Positions 28,889 to 39,533 are shown, counted from the stretch's first letter. The stretch is DNA of 64,000 bases from Candidatus Poribacteria bacterium (GCA_965205025.1 CBDBFU010000011.1:64001-128000); one strand, 5' to 3'. Notes: a model not told the origin generated them from the letters alone. Numbers and translations are program-made.

Positions 28889-30826
28889 CTAAGGATAAAA
28901 TTGGTACATGGTTGTGTTTGTAATTACATTTAATATACTCCATGTTGTCCCCATGAGATAATCACCAAGAACCAATCCAAGAAAGAAGGGAACAACACGA
29001 CGATAACTTTGTATACCACCATGTCGTAATATCAACCATTTTAACGTTAATGCAATCAATAAAGGAATCCATAAGTCCGACATCTCCTGATTGCTTGCCA
29101 TGACATATCCGAGGGGATGTAATGGCAACCAAAAGAATTTGACTCGCAAATACGTCAAAACCATCATCACACTAAACCCTATCCCCATGAATATTACGCC
29201 TATCCAATCAGTATCAACTGGGTAGTTAATCCAATTCGTTAATCTACTGAAATATTGCCTACCATATCCCAATGCCCAAGGTCCATAGTAACCAGTATCT
29301 GCACCAAACTGGTAATACATATGGAGTTGCACCCAAAATGCAACAAGTCCTCCCATAACAGTTGCAATTAATAGAGAATACAGCATTTTACGTTGACTAA
29401 TATTAGCCACCTCAGAAATTTTAAATGCCTCAAGTTGGTGTGGCATCTGCTGTGGACGGTAATCCCTATTAAAAAAACAAACAGATAATGCTGTTAAATT
29501 TTGTGCACCGAGTCTGTGTGTTCCTATGATTGTATTTAAGATGTACCGGGGTGCTTGCCAGTGATAGGCATGGACGAAAATTCCTGATTCAGCACGGATT
29601 CGTGTCGTAACCAATGGTGTGATTAAAAAAAGAACAGCGAAAGATAATGCTAACCAAATTGCCATACCCGCTTTGTAGAGTAAAAAAGCAAATATTAGTA
29701 TTCCTATAACAAAACCCCATACTGCAGTCCGATATGACATTGGATGTGTAGATGCTAGCTCAGGGGGTTCTCTCCCTCTATTAAATGCACTTTTTAATAC
29801 CTCTTTGAAATGCCTTTTACCCGTCCACCAAAAGAAGAAACATAATCCCACAAATGCCCCAATTGTTTGTTCGTTCAGGTACGGAAAACGCGGAATACTT
29901 TTCCAACCAACTGCACCTGCTAAAGCAACTTCGTTTCGATAAAGAAAATAGAAGAAGGTTGTGGAGAAAAGTACATCCAAAGGCATAAGGAACATAATTC
30001 CAATTGCAAACGGATAGAAGGCGGTTATGATTGTGCCATAGTAGCTTAATGGGGGTTCACTAAATCTGAAGAAACGTCGTGTTACTGGTATATGAGGTAT
30101 AACAGGATAGAGATGACTTAATCCATTAAACAGACTGATACCTGCAGCAATCGAAAAACCGATCCACATCCTCTTATTACGAAAAAAGTTCGTCTTTGGA
30201 TTTGTCATTGCCAGTGGAAGTTGAATGACAGGAAATGTCAACCTTTCACGTTGGGACCACTGTTGCCTTAATATAGTGTTAAGACATAAAAAGATAAAAC
30301 CGATTACAGTGAATAATAACAACCACCCCCCAACGACAGGTATCCACACTCGTAAATGCTGTGGTAGGTACAGTGTTGAATCACCTTGATAATAGCCACG
30401 CAATACGTCTTGGTCTGAGACGGTTAACCAATTTGGTAGATGATGCCAGAAGAGTGTCTGCCATTCATTTTCTTCTGTAGCGAACCATGTACTATGTCCG
30501 AGAACTGATAAGACGGCTTGTAAAATATCACAACCTGCTAAAGATGTAGCGACACTTAAGGAGACATAAAGAAATAGAAACTCACCTTGTCCCAGAGCAA
30601 AAACCGGCGTTAAGTATTTTAAAAGGGTATTTATGATGAGGATTACTGTGAGAATAAAAATGACATTGGAGAGTGGAACAACCCATGTCGGGAAAGTATA
30701 CCGAACCAACTCCATTTGGATGAGGAAATAACAGTTTATTGGTGAGAGGATTGTGAAGATGAGTAATACGCGCCAAGTGAGGATACGCTGTTGCGGGAGA
30801 GATGCCAATTCGCCTACCTCTGTCAC
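28889..30826 (-). CDS. multi-pass membrane protein, putative peptide transporter (DUF6785/DUF6784-like)
   Basis: Many TM helices; LRQQWSQRERLTFP, RIRAESG, WLPLHPLGY, LKWLILRHGG and PFFLGLVLGD motifs. Confidence 0.75.
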   Translation of the reverse strand: MTEVGELASLPQQRILTWRVLLIFTILSPINCYFLIQMELVRYTFPTWVVPLSNVIFILTVILIINTLLKYLTPVFALGQGEFLFLYVSLSVATSLAGCDILQAVLSVLGHSTWFATEENEWQTLFWHHLPNWLTVSDQDVLRGYYQGDSTLYLPQHLRVWIPVVGGWLLLFTVIGFIFLCLNTILRQQWSQRERLTFPVIQLPLAMTNPKTNFFRNKRMWIGFSIAAGISLFNGLSHLYPVIPHIPVTRRFFRFSEPPLSYYGTIITAFYPFAIGIMFLMPLDVLFSTTFFYFLYRNEVALAGAVGWKSIPRFPYLNEQTIGAFVGLCFFFWWTGKRHFKEVLKSAFNRGREPPELASTHPMSYRTAVWGFVIGILIFAFLLYKAGMAIWLALSFAVLFLITPLVTTRIRAESGIFVHAYHWQAPRYILNTIIGTHRLGAQNLTALSVCFFNRDYRPQQMPHQLEAFKISEVANISQRKMLYSLLIATVMGGLVAFWVQLHMYYQFGADTGYYGPWALGYGRQYFSRLTNWINYPVDTDWIGVIFMGIGFSVMMVLTYLRVKFFWLPLHPLGYVMASNQEMSDLWIPLLIALTLKWLILRHGGIQSYRRVVPFFLGLVLGDYLMGTTWSILNVITNTTMYQFYP

Positions 30827-31105
30827 TTCGGTTTAAAGTGATGTTGATATTAGCAGAGATAAGTTAGGGATTCAAGTAAATTGGCTGATAGTGCAGAGTC
30901 ATTCAATTGTAGATAAAGATATTTTCTGACATAGGTTTCTTCTGTAGGAGCGATCTCCGAATCGCGACTCATAACACGAATGGTCGGGAATCGGATTTCC
31001 CTCCTACATAACATGATCTGATATGTGAATTAAATGAAAAGTGTTAAAATGATAGTTAATTTACCAAGGATTTACAATAATCAGACAATAATGTTTGTTT
31101 ATTTT

Positions 31106-32377
31106 TTACCACTTACCCTGAACTGGTTTTTCACTTGCCTTTTCATAAAGTTCTGACCATTCTTTCGTGCCATCATCATAGGTTAATTCGAGACGTGTCC
31201 CTTCAACATACGCCTCACCATTCCCAGCATTAAAATAACTTAATCCATCACCAGCCATGTGAATACAACTCCCATCGGGATAGACTGCAGTTTTAATCAA
31301 TCGTGGATGGTCGTGGATGGTATACCCATCAGAATCTAATTCCGCAGATGGAACACGGTATTGTTCGATTGCATCTTCATCTACCTCAATACCTAATCCT
31401 GGAGCATCAGGGACGGTATGACAACCATCTGTTACAACTATAGGTTGCTTTAAGAGATGGTGGCTATATAGGTTTAGACAAGTAATTGCAGGCCAGGTGG
31501 CATGGGTAAGTACACTACCAAGATGTGCTGCCCATGTAGATGTAATTCCATTACCTACAATTTGGAGCCAGAACGGCATATCCGCTGCAGCACTTTGATA
31601 ACCTTGATTCATCACTGTTGATTTACCACCACCAATAACAAATCCATTACACACGTCTTCACGAACACAAGTCGTATATGGTGGTGAACCGAAATGCATA
31701 GCAATAGGACAATCAACCTTCTGCCGTATCTCTTTATTTCCTTCAACATCTCCCTGTGGAATTGGAGACTCAAAGATAGCCACATTCGGATGTGCAGCAA
31801 GTTTTTGCAATATCGGTATGGCAGTTTCTGCATCACGCAAGCAACCGTTTGGATCCAGATCCAATTTAAATTCAGTCGGCACAACTTCTGCGATTGCTTC
31901 AACCTGTTCCACAATATCCCACCAGGGACGGGGTTTGTTTTTGAAGCTTGTATATCCATTTTCAACTGCATCTGCTGCTTCTGCAGCCCAATTCTCTGGT
32001 GAGGAGTCTATACTCCACCATGAAATAGGGACATCTTCTCGACACTGTGAACCAAGAAGTTTATATACTGGAACTTCAAGAATTTTTCCAACTACATCAA
32101 AGAGTGCAATCTGTAGACCGGCACCAAGTGAATCTTCATTCATATATTCAGCAGGACTTTCTCCGAGAACACGGTCCACACTTCCTTCACTCACACGACT
32201 ATATGTATAATGTATAACTGTTTCACCCCATCCAATATGACCGGTATCCGTGGTAACTTTGATAAGTTCAAGTAATGACCAGTTATAAACAGTTGAAACA
32301 CTTTCTCTGGTAATATTGTGTTGACGCGGTGTAAAAGGCACATCAACAAGAATACGTTCGATGTTGGTGACTTTCAT
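31106..32377 (-). CDS. mandelate racemase/muconate lactonizing enzyme family protein
   Basis: GWGE, ALFDVVGK, KNK, LDPN, FESP and PGLGIEVDE motifs. Confidence 0.85.
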   Translation of the reverse strand: MKVTNIERILVDVPFTPRQHNITRESVSTVYNWSLLELIKVTTDTGHIGWGETVIHYTYSRVSEGSVDRVLGESPAEYMNEDSLGAGLQIALFDVVGKILEVPVYKLLGSQCREDVPISWWSIDSSPENWAAEAADAVENGYTSFKNKPRPWWDIVEQVEAIAEVVPTEFKLDLDPNGCLRDAETAIPILQKLAAHPNVAIFESPIPQGDVEGNKEIRQKVDCPIAMHFGSPPYTTCVREDVCNGFVIGGGKSTVMNQGYQSAAADMPFWLQIVGNGITSTWAAHLGSVLTHATWPAITCLNLYSHHLLKQPIVVTDGCHTVPDAPGLGIEVDEDAIEQYRVPSAELDSDGYTIHDHPRLIKTAVYPDGSCIHMAGDGLSYFNAGNGEAYVEGTRLELTYDDGTKEWSELYEKASEKPVQGKW

Positions 32378-32488
32378 GGATAGACTCCTTTAATGATTTA
32401 AAAAGTCAGGACTTACGGACTTCTAAGGTAGGAAAGGGCAGGAAAATCTATTTATTTCCTACCCTCAAATTGCATGATTAAAAGAATA

Positions 32489-33004
32489 TTAATTATTCTC
32501 TGCCCCTTCATTAATCCAATCAACAAATAGTTGTATCTGTTCGGCGTTTAAGGGTACTCCACCGATCGGCATTTGTGGTTGCATTTCACCTTTAATATAT
32601 TTTACAACCAAACTGCCGTCACCATTCCCAACAACAAAGGCTGCACCTCTATTTCCACCAGCTTTGAAGGTATCGTATTCAGTTAAGTCAAGACCACCAC
32701 CACCATTACCATCATGACAATTTGCAACGGCACACGTTTCGGCAAGAATTGGATTAATATCATCCTTAAATGAAACCTTCGGCTCTTCCGGCACAACGGG
32801 TGGTGGATCGGGTTGATCTGGTGGAACTGTAGGATCAGTAGGTTCGGTCGGTTCAGTCTTATCACCTTCACCGGTTACCATTTCGGTTGGTGAATCACCT
32901 TCATCACCACAACCCATGACAAATCCAAAAGATAATACTAATGAAAAAGAAAAGAGTAGAAGTATTAAGAATCGAAACCCAGTTAAATTTATTTGCACTA
33001 ACAA
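32489..33004 (-). CDS. lipoprotein with planctomycete-type cytochrome c domain
   Basis: VMGC lipobox, Pro-rich linker, VSFKDDINPILAETCAVANCH, GLDL, QMP and WINEGA. Confidence 0.8.
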   Translation of the reverse strand: MLVQINLTGFRFLILLLFSFSLVLSFGFVMGCGDEGDSPTEMVTGEGDKTEPTEPTDPTVPPDQPDPPPVVPEEPKVSFKDDINPILAETCAVANCHDGNGGGGLDLTEYDTFKAGGNRGAAFVVGNGDGSLVVKYIKGEMQPQMPIGGVPLNAEQIQLFVDWINEGAENN

Positions 33005-33244
33005 TTCCTCCGTTATGTTATTATAACCTATGCTGCTACATACAAGTATTAGACAAATAATGCCAATATACTATAGAATTCCATAAACTGTAAACTTTGC
33101 TCCCGCGGAGCGATATATAGTAATCAAAGCATTACATACATATACAATCACGTAATTCGCATTAATTTGTAGCACCTTTAGTTATTATAATTCCTTAAGT
33201 CGTATAATATAAAAAGAATACCATTACATCATGGAGAAGTCAAT

Positions 33245-34189
33245 ATGAAAATACTAATAACAGCTGAGATTACTTCAGATCAACAGAAACAAATTCAATC
33301 AATTTCAGAGGATTTGACCATAGTCAATCCGAATAGTTCAGATGAAACCCTACGAGAAATAGAGGATACCGATATAGTTTTTGGAGGATTTAACCGTTCC
33401 CTATTTGAAAATGCAAAAAAACTCAAATGGGTACAAGTCTGGGCTGCAGGTGTTGACGGTATTCTGTTTAAAGAATTTGTTGATAGTGAGATCATCCTAA
33501 CCAGTGCAAAAGGATATGTTGGAACACATTTAGCGGATCAAGCATGGGCACTAATATTAGGGTTAATACGTGGTATAGGAAGGTCTGTAAGAGAGCGTAC
33601 TTGGGATAATAAAATGTCTATCCGTGATCAAACATGGGAATTGTGTGATCGCACACTCGGTATTGTCGGTTTAGGTGGTACCGGTATTGAAGTTGCACGC
33701 CGTGCAGAGGCATTTGATACGCGAGTTGTTGCAGTAGATCCTGAATCAGTTGAACCCCCTACCTTCATCCATGATGTATGGAAAATGGACAAATTCAACG
33801 AACTACTTTCTGATTCTGACATTGTCTGTATCTGTGCACCATTGACACCTGAAACTGAAGGGATGTTTAACGATTCTGCGTTTGAATTGATGAAAACAAA
33901 TGCTCTTATCATCAATGTCACACGCGGTAAAATAATTGATGAGCAGGCATTACTTCGTGCATTAAAGAATGGACTCATCGGAGGGGCAGGATTGGATGTA
34001 ACACCCGTTGAACCCCTACCCCAAGATAGTCCATTGTGGGATATGTCAAATGTAATTATTACGCCACATGTTGCCGGTGGTTCTCCAATTCGTATGGATC
34101 GCACAGTAGACCTATTCTGTGATAACTTAGAGCGATATCTTGTTGGAAAACCACTACTCAGTATAATAGATAAGCAGAAAGGATATTAG
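33245..34189 (+). CDS. D-2-hydroxyacid dehydrogenase
   Basis: GIVGLGGTG, PLTPET, INVTRG, GAGLDV..EP, TPHVAG. Confidence 0.92.
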   Translation: MKILITAEITSDQQKQIQSISEDLTIVNPNSSDETLREIEDTDIVFGGFNRSLFENAKKLKWVQVWAAGVDGILFKEFVDSEIILTSAKGYVGTHLADQAWALILGLIRGIGRSVRERTWDNKMSIRDQTWELCDRTLGIVGLGGTGIEVARRAEAFDTRVVAVDPESVEPPTFIHDVWKMDKFNELLSDSDIVCICAPLTPETEGMFNDSAFELMKTNALIINVTRGKIIDEQALLRALKNGLIGGAGLDVTPVEPLPQDSPLWDMSNVIITPHVAGGSPIRMDRTVDLFCDNLERYLVGKPLLSIIDKQKGY

Positions 34190-34207
34190 ACTAATTAATA
34201 GCATTTT

Positions 34208-35218
34208 CTAATCTAAGTCTGCTATTTTTACCAATTGTTTCCCAATGTTCCCACCTTTTAGCATACTAATAAAGGCTGTAGGAGCACTTTCGATTCCACC
34301 ATCATTAATCGTCTCGCGGTACTTTAATTTCCCTTCTCGTAACCATTCTGCGATTTGGGCTAAACCTTCAGGGTGTCTATCGGCAAAATCCGATACAAGC
34401 ATTCCTTCAATCCGAGCGCGTTTTGTAATGCAATACCACAAAAAACGTGGTCCTGTCTCCGGTTTTTCAAGATTATATTGCGAGATCTGACCACAAATAA
34501 CAACACGACCTTTAACTCGTAAATTCGGAAAGACTGCATCTGTTATCTCTCCACCAACATTATCAAAATAAACATCTATCCCATCAGGATACAGTTCGGA
34601 TAACTTCTCTTGATAATTCGATTCCTTTTTGTAGTTGAAACCGTCATCAAAACCCAATTCGTCTGTAATATAGGAAACCTTCTCATCAGATCCTGCTGAA
34701 CCGACAACATAACACCCTCTAATCTTCGCTATTTGTCCAACAACTGATCCTACAGCACCAGCCGCCCCAGAAACAAATACTGTTTCACCTTCTTGTAGTT
34801 TACCTACTTCAAGTATACCGAAATATGCAGTCAATCCAGGCATCCCAAGTATCCCTACACCTGTAGAAATAGGGGCAATATCAGGATCAATCTTTCTCAA
34901 GCTATCCCCATCCGTCACACCATACTCCTGCCATCCAATATGAGCATTGACAATATCCCCCTTGCTATAGTCGGAATGTTTAGAAGCAACAACTTGCGCA
35001 ATTCCTCCACCAATCATGACTTCATTGAATTCCACATTTGGGGCGTAAGAACGCGTTGCATTCATCCGTCCTCTCATATACGGATCCACAGAAAGATATA
35101 TGGTCTTCACAAGTACTTGTCCGTCTTCAGGTTCAGGTATAGGTGTTTCAACAAGTTGGAAATCAGTTTCTTTAGGATAACCTTTAGGTCGTGCTGCTAA
35201 TGCTATTTGTCTGTTCAT
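34208..35218 (-). CDS. NADP-dependent oxidoreductase (prostaglandin reductase/CurA-like MDR)
   Basis: LSVDPYMR, GMPGLTAY, VSGAAGAVG, YFDNVGG, CGQISQY. Start placed at MNRQIALA after an AGGAG RBS. Confidence 0.92.
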   Translation of the reverse strand: MNRQIALAARPKGYPKETDFQLVETPIPEPEDGQVLVKTIYLSVDPYMRGRMNATRSYAPNVEFNEVMIGGGIAQVVASKHSDYSKGDIVNAHIGWQEYGVTDGDSLRKIDPDIAPISTGVGILGMPGLTAYFGILEVGKLQEGETVFVSGAAGAVGSVVGQIAKIRGCYVVGSAGSDEKVSYITDELGFDDGFNYKKESNYQEKLSELYPDGIDVYFDNVGGEITDAVFPNLRVKGRVVICGQISQYNLEKPETGPRFLWYCITKRARIEGMLVSDFADRHPEGLAQIAEWLREGKLKYRETINDGGIESAPTAFISMLKGGNIGKQLVKIADLD

Positions 35219-35219
35219 C

Positions 35220-35957
35220 TTAACTCCTTCTATTAAATTGGACTCGGTCTTTACCGTGAATAACAATTAGTTCGTGTTTAGGTGAATCCCAATCAAAAAC
35301 TTTCACTATCGGTACGATTACCCTAACAGCCAATCCTATTCTTCGTTTATCAGAACGGTTTGCTTCTGAATGATGCATAGTCCGTTCATTAAAAAGTACA
35401 AATTCTCCCGGTTGCATCTCAAGATTGACTATATTGGAAGTGTCAATGTAATTCAAATCACCCATCTGATTAAAAGCCATATCTGAAGTTGCTTTTATAT
35501 GAGGTATCACTTTACGATGGGATCCAGGTAAGATCTGTAGACAACTGTTCTCAAGTGTTGCTGAATCAATTGCTATCCAAGCTGATATAATAATCGGGGG
35601 TTCCACTGGCCAATAATTGAAATCTTGATGCCACGGTATCTCTTTTGCTCCTGGCTCTTTGACGAAAAAATTGGTTCTCCATAATAAAAGGTCTGGACCA
35701 TAGATCGATGCCATGCGATTAACAATAGTTGGATGGGTTGCAAGCTTATATATCAAAGGATAATCGAGATGTCGATTATGTACCCTAACTTTATGGTCTG
35801 GGGCATCAGTTTCAAGAATATCCTCAATATCTGGCTGCATGTTAACCATATCTTCTGGACTACATAGAGTATATGGACCAAGGTACCCCTTTTCCCAAAA
35901 TTGTTTTTTCTCATCTTCACTTAATCGATGATTTGTGTTTGACATATATTCCTCCAA
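35220..35957 (-). CDS. PhyH-family Fe/2OG dioxygenase
   Basis: PWHQD, LPGSH, TMHHS and RIGL motifs. Confidence 0.88.
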   Translation of the reverse strand: MEEYMSNTNHRLSEDEKKQFWEKGYLGPYTLCSPEDMVNMQPDIEDILETDAPDHKVRVHNRHLDYPLIYKLATHPTIVNRMASIYGPDLLLWRTNFFVKEPGAKEIPWHQDFNYWPVEPPIIISAWIAIDSATLENSCLQILPGSHRKVIPHIKATSDMAFNQMGDLNYIDTSNIVNLEMQPGEFVLFNERTMHHSEANRSDKRRIGLAVRVIVPIVKVFDWDSPKHELIVIHGKDRVQFNRRS

Positions 35958-35978
35958 ATTAATCTCTATAGTTTAATG

Positions 35979-37020
35979 TTAATATTCTTGACATACATGC
36001 ACTTTTACTGCGCCAGATGTCTTATCTGCTGAAATACGAAAAGCTTCCTGGATTTCTTCAAGTGGATAGTAATGTGTAACCAATTTCGTTGTATCCACTT
36101 TTCCAGAGTCAATCAACTCAATTGCTGCTTCAAAATCAGTTTCCATACCACTATATCCATAACAATTTGACCCTATTATAGCCGCTTCAGACCACACAAT
36201 AGTAGACAGATTTACTTCAAGGGGTTTATAGTATCCAGCAACAAGCACTACTGTTCCCTGTTTTCTAACAATTGTTGTCGCTGTGTTGAAATTCTCTGCA
36301 CCACCCACAGTTTCTATAACCGCATCAAAACCAATTCCACTCGTAACATCTTTTACATAGTCATTTACATCGGTATTACTAATGTTAACTACATGGTCTG
36401 CACCAAGTTCCTTAGCAAGTTTCTCCTGTTGTTCGTATTTAACTGTAATCAAGGTTTCTTTAACACCGGAAGCGACAGCGTCTGCCAAACAAAATTGACC
36501 AATTGTACCACCCCCAATAATAGCAATCGTATCCCTTGAATTTACTCCAGATCGCGCTACAGCACGGTGTGATACTGCTAAGGGTTCAACAAGTGCACCT
36601 TCCTCAAATGTCATCGTATTAGGCAACTTAAAGAGACCGGTATGATGTGTTGATGTGAATTCCGCAAATCCACCATGCATATTCGGTGAAATCCATTGTC
36701 TATGAATACATAGATTATATTGTCCGGTTTCACAGAATTTACATGATCCGCAATGTGAAAAACACTCTACAGCCACTTTATCGCCAATTTCAAATTCTGT
36801 CACACCCTCCCCAAGTGCAGCAAACCGTTCCGCAGGTTTCATGTCCAGCTGCATGCTCATGGGATTGTCCCCAATGACCAAAATAACTGTGCAGATCACT
36901 ACCACAAATCCCTGTCTGTTTGGTATCCACAAGGACATATCCGGGTGGTGGAATATCCCTTTCTACCTCACGCACCTCAATCCCTTCTATTCCTGTATAT
37001 ATCGCAGCTTTCATTTTCAT
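35979..37020 (-). pseudogene. Zn-dependent alcohol dehydrogenase (MDR) with a +1 frameshift near 36823
   Basis: N-terminal ORF carries GICGSDLH and GHE; C-terminal ORF carries CGSCKFC...C and GGGTIG. Removing one T from ACG GTT T GCT GCA joins them as TVAALGEGV. Confidence 0.85.
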
Positions 37021-37066
37021 AGAAAACTCCTTACAGTATATAATTATCGTATCAAAACCATATTCA

Positions 37067-38707
37067 TTAAGAATCTTTATCCAAATTAGTTACAATTTGT
37101 CGTATTGCCTGCTTATCTGTTTTTCCAACGCCACTTTTTGGTATCTCTTCAACAACTATGAATCTGTCTGGTATCCAGAATTTTGGAAAAACTTCAGTAA
37201 GATAATCATTCATTAGAAGTGAAATTTCATCAACGGATTCATTTAACACAAGGATCGCAATTGGACGTTCCCCCCAAGTATCATCAGCAATACCTACAAC
37301 AGAAGCATCCATAACAGATGGATGGGAGATTATGGAATTCTCTAAAGCTACTGATGAAATTGATTCTCCTCCACTACGTATAATTGATTTTGTCCGATCA
37401 ACAATGTTCATATAACCTTCAGGATTAATTGTAGCCAAATCTCCAGTACGTAACCATTCATCCTGTGTCAAATCATCCTGAGATCCACCGTTTTTGTAAT
37501 ATGCATTTGCTGTCCAATGGCTTCTTACTTGAACTTCACCGATTGAAGCACCATCCCACGGAAGTTCTACATCCTTTTCATCAACAATCCGAATCTGTAC
37601 CCCAGGAATGGGACGACCTTGCATCGATTTAATTGTCCATTGTTCATTATCTGACAAGGCTTGGTGAAAACGGTTCAGGTTGCAGATAGTTCCCGTGGGT
37701 GACATTTCTGTCATACCCCATGCATGACGAATTTCAACATCTAATTCTTTCTCAAACGTTTCAATATGTGCTGCTGCAAAGGCTTCGCCTCCAACGATTA
37801 TTCTACTTAATGAGGAGATTTTATCTCTATTCTTGAGTAATTCAGGTAGTAATCTTATCCAGACTGTAGGAACCCCTGCAGCAATAGTAACACCTGTTTT
37901 GGATATCAAATCTATGATCATATCTGTGTTTTTTCCAGGGAGAACAATGTCTGCCCCAGCAAACATTGCTGCATAAGGGATTCCCCATCCTAACGCGTGG
38001 AACATTGGCACAACAGGCATGACAACATCATTCTCTGTAATACCAAATCCATCTGCTTGATTCGCCGCTAAAGTATGGAGAAACATGGATCTATGGGAAT
38101 AAATAACTCCACGAGGATCACCAGACGTACCACTTGTGTAACATAATGCCATCCCCAAGTTTTCGTCTTGGATATACATTCTTGTCTTACCGCTATTAGA
38201 CATTAGGCTTTCATAGTCTAATTCGTTCCTTCCTTTATTATAGTGTATACATTTTGAATTTGTTTCTATTATTACCGTACTAATAGGATTAATCTCTTGT
38301 TTAAACTTAGAATAACCACCCAACAGATCACTATCAACAAAGATCATTCTATCTTCAGCATCATTTACAATTGTTGCAAGTTGTGGTGATGAAAATCGTA
38401 TATTTAATGGATGGATGATACCACTAACCAACGGTATAGCAAAATATAACTCAAGATGTTGGTAGGAATTAAATGCGTATGTAGCAATTCTGTCTCCCTG
38501 TTGAATACCAAATTCTCCTAATGAATGTGTTAACGAATTAACACGTTCATATAGATCTGTATAACTATATCTATGGATTTCTCCATCATGAAGTTGGGTG
38601 TAGACCTGTTTATCTCCATGAATTTTGTATGAATGATCCAAGATCTGATCAAGTGTCATCGGATAATTCATCATTGTACCGTACATATCTTTCCTTATAT
38701 ACAACAC
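37067..38707 (-). CDS. acyl-CoA synthetase (AlkK/DmdB-like medium/long-chain fatty acid-CoA ligase)
   Basis: YTSGTSGDPRG, PMFHALGWG, WGMTE, LRTGD, DR.KS and WGERP motifs. Confidence 0.9.
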   Translation of the reverse strand: MLYIRKDMYGTMMNYPMTLDQILDHSYKIHGDKQVYTQLHDGEIHRYSYTDLYERVNSLTHSLGEFGIQQGDRIATYAFNSYQHLELYFAIPLVSGIIHPLNIRFSSPQLATIVNDAEDRMIFVDSDLLGGYSKFKQEINPISTVIIETNSKCIHYNKGRNELDYESLMSNSGKTRMYIQDENLGMALCYTSGTSGDPRGVIYSHRSMFLHTLAANQADGFGITENDVVMPVVPMFHALGWGIPYAAMFAGADIVLPGKNTDMIIDLISKTGVTIAAGVPTVWIRLLPELLKNRDKISSLSRIIVGGEAFAAAHIETFEKELDVEIRHAWGMTEMSPTGTICNLNRFHQALSDNEQWTIKSMQGRPIPGVQIRIVDEKDVELPWDGASIGEVQVRSHWTANAYYKNGGSQDDLTQDEWLRTGDLATINPEGYMNIVDRTKSIIRSGGESISSVALENSIISHPSVMDASVVGIADDTWGERPIAILVLNESVDEISLLMNDYLTEVFPKFWIPDRFIVVEEIPKSGVGKTDKQAIRQIVTNLDKDS

Positions 38708-38750
38708 TATTAACGTTGATTTTGAATATAGAACTTTAGTTCTTGTGTAT

Positions 38751-38885
38751 CAAGTCACGTCTGAACGAAATTTCTATCTAAAATGTATCATAAGACTCTT
38801 TGAGTTCTGTAGGAACGAAATGTTTATAGAAAAAGGTTGATAAGATTGTTTGAGTCCCGTAGGGACGGAATGTATATAGATAGCA
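38751..38885. repeat. degenerate 50-bp tandem REP-like repeat, about three units
   Basis: Units start at 38751, 38801 and 38851 (e.g. TGAGTCCCGTAGGGACGGAATGTATATAGA), each with a short palindrome. Confidence 0.7.
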
Positions 38886-39214
38886 ATTTCCTCAATACTA
38901 AACTCACCTAAGAATAAACCTATTTTAGTTTATCATATTCACTTAGTTTTTTGATAGATTAATATGCATAAAACCCACATTATATCTCATTCAATTCAAA
39001 TGTTAATTCTACAGACCTGATTAATTTATATTTGCATTCTCAATTAGAATAAGTCATAATTATCCTTAGTAACGGTACATTCTATATGTAAATTTGGTTT
39101 TTAAGATAAATGACTCTATTTAAAAAGATGTACCGAATGATGAGTTAAGAATACTTAATAACGTGAACTCGACGTAAGAGAATTAAGTGTTAAATCACTA
39201 AATCCTGTTTTAAT

Positions 39215-39437
39215 TGCCACGGTAGGTGTGGTTTCTAACCGCACCGAAAGTTTGTTTTCACTGCCACGGTAGGTGTGGTTTCATGAGGATTAAGTTTTAA
39301 ATTCGGTAATTCCTATTTTCCAAACTCGGTAGGTTCGGTTTCCTAACCACGGGGAATGCTAAATAGCATTCATACCGTTGATTCGAATTTCTAACACATT
39401 ACCGAATTATTATTTTAATCTTCATCTAACCGCACCG
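39215..39437. repeat. two REP-like palindromes, the second interrupted by a 143-bp MITE-like insert
   Basis: Intact TGCCACGGTAGGTGTGGTTTCTAACCGCACCG at 39215-39246; the second copy is split into 39262-39282 and 39426-39437. Confidence 0.8.
39283..39425. mobile_element. MITE-like element with ~28-bp imperfect terminal inverted repeats
   Basis: Left end ATGAGGATTAAGTTTTAAATTCGGTAAT; right end reverse complement ATGAAGATTAAAATAATAATTCGGTAAT. A related left end is at ~44345-44373. Confidence 0.7.
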
Positions 39438-39474
39438 ATACTAATATTTCTTATAACGTGTTCAAGTTGTTAAT

Positions 39475-39524
39475 TAAAAACTATTTAAGGAGTTCTAAGT
39501 AAAAACTATTTAAGGAGTTCTAAG
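39475..39524. repeat. perfect 25-bp tandem duplication in the TonB-dependent receptor leader
   Basis: TAAAAACTATTTAAGGAGTTCTAAG twice, each containing AAGGAG. Confidence 0.92.
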
Positions 39525-39533
39525 GAGAAATTT

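Noticed and set aside
38751-38885. Possible mini-CRISPR with 50-bp period
   Set aside because: The units are degenerate and the 'spacers' resemble each other, so this is a tandem REP-like repeat.
39000-39530. Cobalamin or other riboswitch ahead of the TonB-dependent receptor
   Set aside because: 'GGGAA' and 'GCCAC' words are present but belong to REP/MITE parts repeated elsewhere; no B12-box architecture could be built.
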